DNA of 64,000 bases, taken from a virus. Below, one piece after another: positions 7,942 through 14,695 of the stretch. Position 1 is the first letter of the stretch, and each line of letters opens with the position of its first letter. Where the stretch lies: positions 1-64,000 of IMG/VR virus record IMGVR_UViG_3300040801_002290; one strand, 5' to 3'. Position numbers and translations under genes: made by a program. Below the pieces are notes generated by a model. The model did no database searches, had not been told where the DNA came from, and worked only from the letters and a program-made list of their open reading frames with translations.

Positions 7942-8225
7942 GGTAGTTGGAACCTCAAATCGGAATTACCAACCAGCTTAATGGTGACTTTTGAGCCATT
8001 AACATCCTTCTCAAAAAACAACTCTTCTGTAGTAACAGAGTACACATGACCGTGGTCGTGTGCCGAAGTGTACTTTGTTTTTCCTATAAGAGTAATCTCT
8101 TCGGTCTCTCCGTTGGGCCACATGATGGTTAGTTTGTCTCCGCTAAAAACCCTTTTGTCTCCCAGATAGTACTCAAGGTGTTCCCAATTATTACGGACTT
8201 TGATGGGTTCAAACATTTTATCCAA
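7938..8225 (-). CDS. hypothetical protein
   Basis: 95 aa ORF. Confidence 0.7.
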   Translation of the reverse strand: MDKMFEPIKVRNNWEHLEYYLGDKRVFSGDKLTIMWPNGETEEITLIGKTKYTSAHDHGHVYSVTTEELFFEKDVNGSKVTIKLVGNSDLRFQLP

Positions 8226-8370
8226 CTTTCTTTATCTACCGCCGAAAAGTCTCCTAAAAAACTCAATGATTCTTTCCCAGAATGTCATTATTTTTTCCCC
8301 GGAAAACCGGTATCTATCTGAGAACCTAATGGTTTTATCTCCCCACTTCATGTTTTACCTCCGGGATTTT

Positions 8371-8446
8371 TGGCAGTCCCTCCTCGGTTCGAACGAGGAC
8401 TCTTTCGGTTCAGAGCCGAATGTTTTTCCTATTAAACTAAGGGACT
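8371..8446 (-). tRNA. tRNA-Gln(CTG)
   Basis: Loop CTCTGAA, CCA. Confidence 0.9.
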
Positions 8447-8458
8447 ACGATGAGGATG

Positions 8459-8650
8459 TTATGCAGAATGACTCTGTTCAAGCAGGGCGGTCAGAGCTAG
8501 GTCCACTGAGTCAAGAATTGAATTAGGTGACTTATCACTCATTGCTCCCGACACGTTAGCCATAGTTCTCAAAAAAGCTTCACTTACAACAACCCCGTTT
8601 TCTGTAACTTCTCCAGTACTACTTAATTCGGCAATAACAAAGTGTCTCAT
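8459..8650 (-). CDS. hypothetical protein
   Basis: 63 aa ORF, AAGGAG RBS. Confidence 0.65.
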   Translation of the reverse strand: MRHFVIAELSSTGEVTENGVVVSEAFLRTMANVSGAMSDKSPNSILDSVDLALTALLEQSHSA

Positions 8651-8665
8651 GCTCTCCTTTCATAC

Positions 8666-8697
8666 ACAATAAAACGACCTTAGATGAGAATTATGTG
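8666..8697 (-). promoter_or_regulatory. phage TCTCA-class promoter
   Basis: CACA-N4-TCTCA-N13-TATTGT. Confidence 0.65.
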
Positions 8698-8781
8698 GTG
8701 CCTAAGGTGGGATTCGAACCCACACGCCCTTTCGGGCACTGCCCCCTCAAGACAGCGTGTCTACCATTCCACCACTTAGGC
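8696..8781 (-). tRNA. tRNA-Leu(GAG)
   Basis: Loop TTGAGGG, long variable arm, CCA. Confidence 0.92.
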
Positions 8782-8786
8782 TTATA

Positions 8787-9470
8787 TTAGAAGCCGAACA
8801 AAACTCCGAAGTTTATGTGAATCCCGTTAAAGGTTGCTCTGGCCGTGCCTTCGGCTATCGGAGTAAAACTCTGAGAAACTACATACTTGCCTTCAAGGGT
8901 TAAGGCAAAGCCCTCAGTTATGTAATACCTAGCCTGAGAAGAAAGCTGGGCTGCGGGTCCAGCAATATAGTATTTGCTTTCCGGAGAAAGGTGAGTTCTG
9001 GTACCGTTTTGAAGCCCGCGAATTTCTGTAGCTGGATTAGGAATAGAAAGCCCGAATCCTGCCCTAGAAACAATGTGAAATACGTCGGTAATTTCGTAAA
9101 CATGCCCTACATTAAATAGAGCAATGTTGTGACCGTCTGAAAGCTCAAAGTGCTGAACAACATTCTCCGGGTCATTACCACTGACGTAATAAGACTTATC
9201 GTGAATCCACTCAATCTCATAAACTATGTTATCGACCCTATTACCCAGTCTAACAGTGTAGTAATTCTCTGTCAACCCTGCCAGACTAGAGAAATTAGAC
9301 CACGGTCGTGTTTCATACCTGGCGTCTGTAACAGAGTAATCCTCAAAACCGGATTGAGAAATCACTAGAGTATTAGGAGCTTTGAAGCTGGTGCCAGTAG
9401 ATACCTCCAAGCTCCAAGCCAAAGAATAAGACACAAAAAGTGAAATTAATAGAACCACTAGTTTTCTCAT
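8787..9470 (-). CDS. putative outer-membrane beta-barrel protein
   Basis: True start MRKLVV after AGGAG; signal peptide; alternating aromatic strands; C-terminal INFGVLFGF. Confidence 0.65.
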   Translation of the reverse strand: MRKLVVLLISLFVSYSLAWSLEVSTGTSFKAPNTLVISQSGFEDYSVTDARYETRPWSNFSSLAGLTENYYTVRLGNRVDNIVYEIEWIHDKSYYVSGNDPENVVQHFELSDGHNIALFNVGHVYEITDVFHIVSRAGFGLSIPNPATEIRGLQNGTRTHLSPESKYYIAGPAAQLSSQARYYITEGFALTLEGKYVVSQSFTPIAEGTARATFNGIHINFGVLFGF

Positions 9471-9483
9471 ATATTCTCCTAAT

Positions 9484-9567
9484 TGGTGCCCAGGGTGGGA
9501 TTCGAACCCACAAGCCTTTCGGCACTGCATTTTGAGTGCAGCGTGTATACCGTTCCACCACCTGGGC
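9484..9567 (-). tRNA. tRNA-Leu(CAA)
   Basis: Loop CTCAAAA, long variable arm, CCA. Confidence 0.93.
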
Positions 9568-10271
9568 TAGTGATTAAGAATAAAGTACTCTGTCAATTCA
9601 GACTTCAATAAGTCAGGAAGGTGAAGCTTATCCTTGTTGTCATTATAGCACTCTTCCAGCTTGGGCACAAAGGACTCTATTTCCTCTTCTACCTGGGGCT
9701 TTACGAAGACCCCGCTTTTAACATTCCTTAAATGTACCTTCAACTCCGGGGTTAAATAAAAGTATTCGCCGGTTTGAAGAATATTGTACAAAGTGTACAT
9801 TCCACGAAGAAGATGTGCTGCGTACTTAGGGTCATAACCCATACGGTTTACCAACTCAGTACGCTCAGGGCTACGAGGCTTATGTCCCACAAGCCTGTCC
9901 TTTTGACTCCTAACATAGCCCATATAGGAACCGGCTACGTTTTGGGTAATCACATAAGGACGAACAGCATCAATCATTCCTTTTACAAAAGACTCTTCTC
10001 TAACCGGGGAATGAAAAACTAGGTCAATAGCATTGAAGTTACCCTTTACCAGCATCACAGCCAGCTTAGCAGCAGTGTGAATAGAGTAGTCGTCTTCCTC
10101 ATGCTGGGAAACGCTCAATAGTCTGTCCTGAAATGGATTAAGGTAGGAAATCCGGTTGTGAAAAACCCCCGTGAAATCCGTGTCGGATTCGGGGGTGTCC
10201 ATACCGTACATTTTACTTCCCGTTACCCAAACCTGTGCGTTGTACTCAATGAAGAATTCTGGAATTTCCAT
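9567..10271 (-). CDS. DNA polymerase beta-superfamily nucleotidyltransferase (RlaP/YcgL-like)
   Basis: GSKMYG...SDTDF motif; YDPKYAAHLLR. Confidence 0.85.
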   Translation of the reverse strand: MEIPEFFIEYNAQVWVTGSKMYGMDTPESDTDFTGVFHNRISYLNPFQDRLLSVSQHEEDDYSIHTAAKLAVMLVKGNFNAIDLVFHSPVREESFVKGMIDAVRPYVITQNVAGSYMGYVRSQKDRLVGHKPRSPERTELVNRMGYDPKYAAHLLRGMYTLYNILQTGEYFYLTPELKVHLRNVKSGVFVKPQVEEEIESFVPKLEECYNDNKDKLHLPDLLKSELTEYFILNH

Positions 10272-10321
10272 CTCAATCTCTTTTCTTTATAAGTTATTCA
10301 GAGTAATGTTTGAATGAGTTC

Positions 10322-10430
10322 TTATTGACGGCTGACTCTGCCATGTTGGTCTAGACAGGAATTTCCTGCCCCAGGATTCGAACCTGGACTATAGCCGTTT
10401 GACCGAAGTATCTCACTCACTGGCTGCTGA
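10322..10430 (-). ncRNA. yrlA: YrlA-type Y RNA (permuted tRNA-like domain)
   Basis: Order is T arm (GGTTCGAATCC), loop-closed acceptor-like hairpin, D-arm-like TAGACCAACATGGCAGAGTC, closed by ACGGC/GCCGT; ro60 is in the same genome. Confidence 0.75.
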
Positions 10431-10436
10431 AAACTT

Positions 10437-10512
10437 TGGTACCGGTGGTGGGATTCGAACCCACACTTTGGCGATTTTAAGTCGCATGACTCTACCATTG
10501 GTCTACACCGGC
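10437..10512 (-). tRNA. tRNA-Leu(TAA) with short variable loop
   Basis: Loop CTTAAAA, 76 nt, 5-nt variable region, CCA. Confidence 0.8.
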
Positions 10513-10550
10513 ACGCGCTTACTTAGATAGTATGGAATACTATGTAAAGT

Positions 10551-10635
10551 TGGTGCCGACGACAGGACTTGAACCTGCAACCCCAGAGGGGACTGCGTTC
10601 TAAGCGCAGCGCGTATACCATTCCGCCACGTCGGC
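10551..10635 (-). tRNA. tRNA-Leu(TAG)
   Basis: Loop CTTAGAA, long variable arm, CCA. Confidence 0.93.
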
Positions 10636-10639
10636 ATAA

Positions 10640-10920
10640 ATTCGGCTGCCCGTCTGACTAGGACGAAGTGTCGATAAAGCCGCTAAGCAATATCCGAGTC
10701 CAAGGAAATTTCACCAGACCGTAGGTTTAAGCTTCCCTAGAGGCTTTCGGCCTTGAGCCCACCGAAGGCTCAGATAGATAGAGCAGTTTATTCGTCATGC
10801 TCAGGACTAGCCCCAAAACGGGCCTTTTGTATAATGCGGGTTTTGCTGCGCGGCGGGTTACCCGGAAACCGCCAATATGGATACGGAGTCTTTTACTAAA
10901 CCTGGCGCTGCCGTTCCAGG
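10640..10920 (-). ncRNA. putative ~280-nt structured ncRNA
   Basis: No credible ORF; own promoter; many hairpins and long-range GCCCGT/ACGGGC and GGCTAG/CTAGTC pairing. Confidence 0.5.
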
Positions 10921-10926
10921 AACTAC

Positions 10927-10958
10927 ACTATACTGTGTCTCTCTATGAGAGTTATGAG
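10927..10958 (-). promoter_or_regulatory. phage TCTCA-class promoter
   Basis: CTCA-N4-TCTCA-N13-TATAGT. Confidence 0.75.
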
Positions 10959-11131
10959 TTGGTGATTCGCCTCAGGTTTGCACTGTTGAGAGGAACAACA
11001 TCTACTCTGCGCCTACGGCTAGTGCGATAGCTATCGGCAATAAGGTTTGCCTGAGGACGACTATCCGCAATAAGGGTGTTAGCCCTGCCGTCACGATACG
11101 ATTCCCAAACTACTACGAGATGCTTATTCAT
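10952..11131 (-). CDS. small basic hypothetical protein (59 aa, absent from ORF track)
   Basis: MNKHLVVVWESYRDGRAN...; AAAGGAAG RBS; internal repeat ANTLIADS/ANLIADS. Confidence 0.65.
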   Translation of the reverse strand: MNKHLVVVWESYRDGRANTLIADSRPQANLIADSYRTSRRRRVDVVPLNSANLRRITNS

Positions 11132-11236
11132 ATTTCTTCCTTTCTAAGGGGAGGGTTTTTGCGCGGAACCCTTAAAACCGCCACTATCCCCGCAACCCGA
11201 ACCTGTCCTCGGTCAAGCGTCTCTCCGCTTTGTCAA

Positions 11237-11311
11237 TGGTGGACAGCCGGGGAATCGAACCCCGAATTCCTGCTTGCAAAACAGGTGTGTTCCCGTTAGC
11301 ACTAGCCGCCC
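11237..11311 (-). tRNA. tRNA-Ala(TGC)
   Basis: Loop TTTGCAA, G3:U70, CCA. Confidence 0.93.
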
Positions 11312-11322
11312 GAGCTAGAGTA

Positions 11323-11354
11323 AGTATAGCTTACTCGTTTGTGAGAATGATTAG
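11323..11354 (-). promoter_or_regulatory. phage TCTCA-class promoter
   Basis: CTAA-N4-TCTCA-N13-TATACT. Confidence 0.72.
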
Positions 11355-11371
11355 AACTTGTAGAACTTATG

Positions 11372-11461
11372 GAAGTCTGGGTATTGACTAGCCGCGAAAT
11401 TCTTCATCCAAGCATCTACCCTGTAACGTTTAGGTAGTGAGTCAAGAATGACAGCCACTTC
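11372..11461 (-). ncRNA. putative small structured RNA carrying a variant Y-RNA-like motif
   Basis: GAAGT/ACTTC, GGCTGT/GCGGCT, ATTCTT/AAGAAT and CTACC/GGTAG helices. Confidence 0.45.
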
Positions 11462-11477
11462 TGTGATATTAAACAAC

Positions 11478-11645
11478 TTATTCATCATAATTCCTCATTA
11501 ACTCCTTTAGAGCTTCGTTTGGTTCTGGTGGATTCTCTAACATTTCCATGAAGTATTTCCAGTCTACTTCTGAAACTTCCATGATTACAGGGATTAGATT
11601 CTTGAAGGCTTCGATTTCCTCTTCGGTTAGTTTACTCTTTTCCAT
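11478..11645 (-). CDS. stand-alone DUF1778 (TacA/AtaR) antitoxin C-terminal-like protein
   Basis: VSEVDWKYFMEMLENPPEPNEALKELM matches the DUF1778 C-terminal pattern; start MEKS after GGAAAAG. Confidence 0.7.
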   Translation of the reverse strand: MEKSKLTEEEIEAFKNLIPVIMEVSEVDWKYFMEMLENPPEPNEALKELMRNYDE

Positions 11646-11877
11646 AGTCAAGGTACTCAAAGTACACACTCAGTGCGTAAAGTAAACTTTCTCCGTTGTC
11701 GCCATCGCCCCCAACTTCCCAACCCAGAGAGTCTCCCATTTCCTGGTAATCATAATCCATAAGAAACTCCATAAGCTTTACTGCTTTGGTGTGATGCTCC
11801 GCGCCGTCGTCATACCGTCTCTCGGCACTGAATTGACGTTCTGGAAGTGTACGCTTTACGTCATTAAACAAGGTCAT
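11632..11877 (-). CDS. hypothetical protein
   Basis: 81 aa ORF, AAAGGGG RBS. Confidence 0.75.
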   Translation of the reverse strand: MTLFNDVKRTLPERQFSAERRYDDGAEHHTKAVKLMEFLMDYDYQEMGDSLGWEVGGDGDNGESLLYALSVYFEYLDYGKE

Positions 11878-11897
11878 GTTGACCCCTTTCAGTTAAT

Positions 11898-11983
11898 TGG
11901 CGGAAGGTGAGGGAATCGAACCCCCAAGGCTTTTACACCCAGCCGCTTTCAAGGCGGTGTCCTCGTCCATTCGGGCACCTTCC
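11898..11983 (-). tRNA. tRNA-Ser(TGA)
   Basis: Loop CTTGAAA, long variable arm, CCA. Confidence 0.93.
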
Positions 11984-11989
11984 GTGCTT

Positions 11990-12058
11990 TGCCTGGTCCC
12001 GAATCGAACGGGACACTTTCCCCAAAATGGGTTGTGCTTCATCATTTACACCACAGGC
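11990..12058 (-). pseudogene. tRNA-like element with collapsed anticodon loop and no CCA
   Basis: T loop TTCGATT in a 6-bp stem, D stem GTGT/GCAC, 5-bp acceptor GCCTG/CAGGC. Confidence 0.6.
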
Positions 12059-12065
12059 TAATTGC

Positions 12066-12140
12066 TGGTGACCCCGGTAGGAATCGAACCTACATCTAGA
12101 CTTTAGGAGAGTCCTATTCTGTCCATTGAACTACGAGGTC
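12066..12140 (-). tRNA. tRNA-Arg(CCT)
   Basis: Loop CTCCTAA, CCA. Confidence 0.93.
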
Positions 12141-12369
12141 ATGTACGGTTTATGGGTGACCGAAAACCCCGCCAAGCCTATGACCCTCGTTGCGGTGAGG
12201 GGATGCTTTATGGTGTGGCATCTAAACCCTATGATTAACCCTATCAGTGGGACAGGGGCTCTTATGGTTAGCCCTGCGGAACCTGTGCAACCCTAGGGTT
12301 TGGGCAAACCCCGATGCCCTAATTCAGTGCCGTTGCCTCACCGAATCCGTTTTTGAAGGACGGTACCTT
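12141..12369 (-). ncRNA. putative ~230-nt structured ncRNA with (T)AGGGT repeats
   Basis: Fills the spacer between two tRNAs; at least six hairpins; no ORF. Confidence 0.5.
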
Positions 12370-12445
12370 TGGTCCCCCCGGCAGGAATCGAACCCGCTTT
12401 GAACCGGTTAAAAGCCGGGAGCCTATCCATTCGGCCTCAGGGGGA
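12370..12445 (-). tRNA. tRNA-Lys(TTT)
   Basis: Loop CTTTTAA, CCA. Confidence 0.92.
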
Positions 12446-12447
12446 TG

Positions 12448-12524
12448 TGGAGGCCCGTGAAGGATTCGAACCCTCGACCAGCCGGGTAGAAACCGGCGGC
12501 TCTAGTCCACTGAGCTAACGGGCC
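12448..12524 (-). tRNA. tRNA-Arg(TCT)
   Basis: Loop TTTCTAC, CCA. Confidence 0.9.
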
Positions 12525-12541
12525 TTGCGCTTACAGGGGTA

Positions 12542-12573
12542 AGCATACTACTTGGTAACATGAGAAGAATGAG
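12542..12573 (-). promoter_or_regulatory. phage TCTCA-class promoter
   Basis: CTCA-N4-TCTCA-N13-TATGCT. Confidence 0.72.
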
Positions 12574-13197
12574 TTACTCTAACGGTATTGAATTTCTGTG
12601 AATTCTATTAATAATAATTCCAAAGTCCCAAAAATTTGTGTCATGGCTGGGAGTGATATAAAATTCCCCACCATTAGTAACAAAAGTCTGCATTGTAAAC
12701 GCAGGAACGGTTAAACAAAAGGTGTGTTCAATGCCTTGACCCCTTACCAGTGCTGACGTGTTTTGCCAAACAATATTACTACCAGAAACTCCTGGGTCAC
12801 CAATATCTAACTCGGAGAGAATATAAGCTCCCTGTACCGCTGCGGAATCACACCTAAACTGAAATCTTATTATATAAAAATCCCCAACATTACTTGGCAT
12901 AAATTTGTTTGTTGAGGGGTTCCACCAACACCCAGACGCATCCGGAGGCAAGTACTCTGTTATATTACTAAGTAGGCTATTGTTAGTAACCTTGGTTCTC
13001 GTACCCGCAGTTACTGGTAGTTTAGATAAAGATGTATACTGATTGTCAAAGTGATTACACCAGCCGGTTCCTGTTACTCCGACAATGCTCGCTACTAGGT
13101 TTCGCATATCAGAAGCGGAAATTTCACCGGTAGTGTTATCAGAAAAATCAGAGTATAGCTGTTGTATCGTACGTTTGGTGGCTGGCATTAGTATCAC
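12574..13197 (-). CDS. hypothetical beta-rich protein, possibly virion-associated
   Basis: 207 aa ORF; DNTTGEISASDMRNLV N-terminus. Confidence 0.7.
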   Translation of the reverse strand: MILMPATKRTIQQLYSDFSDNTTGEISASDMRNLVASIVGVTGTGWCNHFDNQYTSLSKLPVTAGTRTKVTNNSLLSNITEYLPPDASGCWWNPSTNKFMPSNVGDFYIIRFQFRCDSAAVQGAYILSELDIGDPGVSGSNIVWQNTSALVRGQGIEHTFCLTVPAFTMQTFVTNGGEFYITPSHDTNFWDFGIIINRIHRNSIPLE

Positions 13198-13391
13198 CCC
13201 ACGTCAAAGGAATCATCAAAAGCAGAGCTAAAAGCGGGACCTTCCTTTTCTACGCAGCATTCCTCTATCATCTCTGCCATAGCTAAAATGGCGTGAAATA
13301 AAGTCATGTCCGAGGGTAGGCCGGGGTTGGATATCGCTCTTAGCGAAGCTTCATTGTCTCTAATAATCTTTTTCAGAGACTTGATGTCCAT
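13194..13391 (-). CDS. hypothetical protein (possibly leaderless)
   Basis: TAGTCT-N6-ATG; C-terminal FSSAFDDSFD. Confidence 0.65.
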   Translation of the reverse strand: MDIKSLKKIIRDNEASLRAISNPGLPSDMTLFHAILAMAEMIEECCVEKEGPAFSSAFDDSFDVG

Positions 13392-13422
13392 AACTAGAGA
13401 CTACTACTAAAACCTTAATAAG

Positions 13423-13728
13423 TCAAGATTCCTTTATGGTGTAATCAGAGGGATTTTTCCTTCTACTAACATAGCCTTTAGCCTCTTGAAATACATCATA
13501 AACCTTAACGACTCTTCCATGCTTATTAATTACCAGATAAGTCTCCTCATCCAGAGGAAGGGAAACGACATAATACCCATCGACTAAAGACTCTTGCCTA
13601 TTCCTGGACTCAGTGTACGTAGCTGCTAATTCAGAGTCGGAAAAAACCTTTACTGGAATAGCAGCAACATCCTCTATATACCAGTCGTCCTCGTAGTGGT
13701 ACCCCTCCTTCATCACAATGTATAACAT
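13423..13728 (-). CDS. hypothetical protein
   Basis: 101 aa ORF. Confidence 0.7.
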   Translation of the reverse strand: MLYIVMKEGYHYEDDWYIEDVAAIPVKVFSDSELAATYTESRNRQESLVDGYYVVSLPLDEETYLVINKHGRVVKVYDVFQEAKGYVSRRKNPSDYTIKES

Positions 13729-13745
13729 GTTTACTCACTTTCTAT

Positions 13746-13821
13746 TGGCTGACCCCCAGGGAATCGAACCCTGCTAGACCGCGTTAACAGCGCGGCGCAG
13801 TCACCAGATTGCGAGAGGTCA
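13746..13821 (-). tRNA. tRNA-Asn(GTT), second copy
   Basis: Loop CTGTTAA, CCA. Confidence 0.88.
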
Positions 13822-13854
13822 ATACGCCTAGTTTTTAAGGTTCTAGGAAACCTG

Positions 13855-13931
13855 TGGTGCCCCCTCCAGGATTTGAACCTGGGATTTCCCGCTTAAGAGG
13901 CGGTTGCCTTAGACCGCTTGGCTAAGGAGGC
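13855..13931 (-). tRNA. tRNA-Lys(CTT)
   Basis: Loop CTCTTAA, CCA. Confidence 0.92.
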
Positions 13932-13934
13932 ATG

Positions 13935-14009
13935 TGGCGGTCCATAGGAGAATCGAACTCCTGTCCCTCGGCTGACAACCGAGCGTCTTAACCACTAAAC
14001 GAATGGACC
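13935..14009 (-). tRNA. tRNA-Asp(GTC)
   Basis: Loop TTGTCAG, CCA. Confidence 0.92.
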
Positions 14010-14027
14010 GTGCCGCTTACAGAAAAC

Positions 14028-14059
14028 ATACTACACCGTCTCTATATGAGAAGTGTGTG
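14028..14059 (-). promoter_or_regulatory. phage TCTCA-class promoter
   Basis: CACA-N4-TCTCA-N13-TAGTAT. Confidence 0.72.
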
Positions 14060-14132
14060 GAGCCCCCGAGGAGAATCGAACTCCTATTATGTCCTTACCA
14101 AGGACACGTAATAGCCTTTATACTACAGGGGC
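14058..14132 (-). tRNA. tRNA-Thr(GGT)
   Basis: Loop TTGGTAA, CCA. Confidence 0.92.
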
Positions 14133-14133
14133 A

Positions 14134-14210
14134 TGGAGCGCCAGGAAGGATTCGAACCCTCGATAACCGCGTTCGAAGCGCGGTGCCTTAGTCCACTAGA
14201 CGACTGGCGC
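14134..14210 (-). tRNA. tRNA-Arg(TCG)
   Basis: Loop CTTCGAA, CCA. Confidence 0.92.
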
Positions 14211-14296
14211 TAGAGAGCTAAGGCTGTTAACCTTAGCCCGAGTAATATTGTCAAGGTACGTCACCCTCAAGGGGTAACGGACAGTATAGCACGAGG

Positions 14297-14494
14297 TTAC
14301 TTGAGTGTCAACCCCTTTGAAATCTCTATGCCCTTATCCTGAATCTTCTGATAGTACTCCTCGGAGACATCAACCTCATAGAATAAGTTGTTAAATAGGC
14401 TCTTAAAAAGCTCGGAGTCTTCATTTAGCCCGAGGTTTTTTAGCATCTTTGCTTTTTCCCAATCAAACGCCTGAATCTTTGGCACTAGAATCAC
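14297..14494 (-). CDS. hypothetical protein
   Basis: 65 aa ORF. Confidence 0.65.
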   Translation of the reverse strand: MILVPKIQAFDWEKAKMLKNLGLNEDSELFKSLFNNLFYEVDVSEEYYQKIQDKGIEISKGLTLK

Positions 14495-14695
14495 CTATCC
14501 AACTTTTCCTCAATCTCAGAAATTTCATCCACCAAATCTTCTATTTGCTGGTCAAGGTGTGCCATATCCTCAAAATCCTCTATAGAGTCGTACTCACTCT
14601 CAAGCTGTGTGAGTCTCTTATATAGCCTACGGAGTTTATCTTCTAGTTGTTGATTATTACTCATGATTTTAATATATCACCTTTTTGAAAAACTG

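Noticed and set aside
9471-9530. N-terminal extension MQCRKACG of the 247-aa ORF
   Set aside because: Overlaps tRNA-Leu(CAA); the real start MRKLVV has an RBS and a signal peptide
10437-10512. Possible ochre suppressor tRNA or genome recoding
   Set aside because: Anticodon TAA reads UUA (Leu), not UAA; long genes are intact in code 11 with all three stops used
10700-10745. Cobalamin riboswitch resemblance (TAGGGAA...GGTGAAATTTCC), tempting because nrdJ needs B12
   Set aside because: No CCCGCAACTGT or B12-box segment follows, and the downstream gene is a tRNA
10640-10920. Group I intron interpretation (TCCTGAGC, CTAGTC)
   Set aside because: No P7 R/S pair in the correct order and no interrupted host gene
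11195-11230. Glycine riboswitch-like words GGAGAG...ACCGAGG...CAGG
   Set aside because: Too short; the P3 subdomain and second aptamer are missing
223-14210. Theta (HDV-like) ribozymes at tRNA 3' ends
   Set aside because: The trailers I inspected by eye did not fit the nested double-pseudoknot pattern; a descriptor search would be needed to exclude them fully
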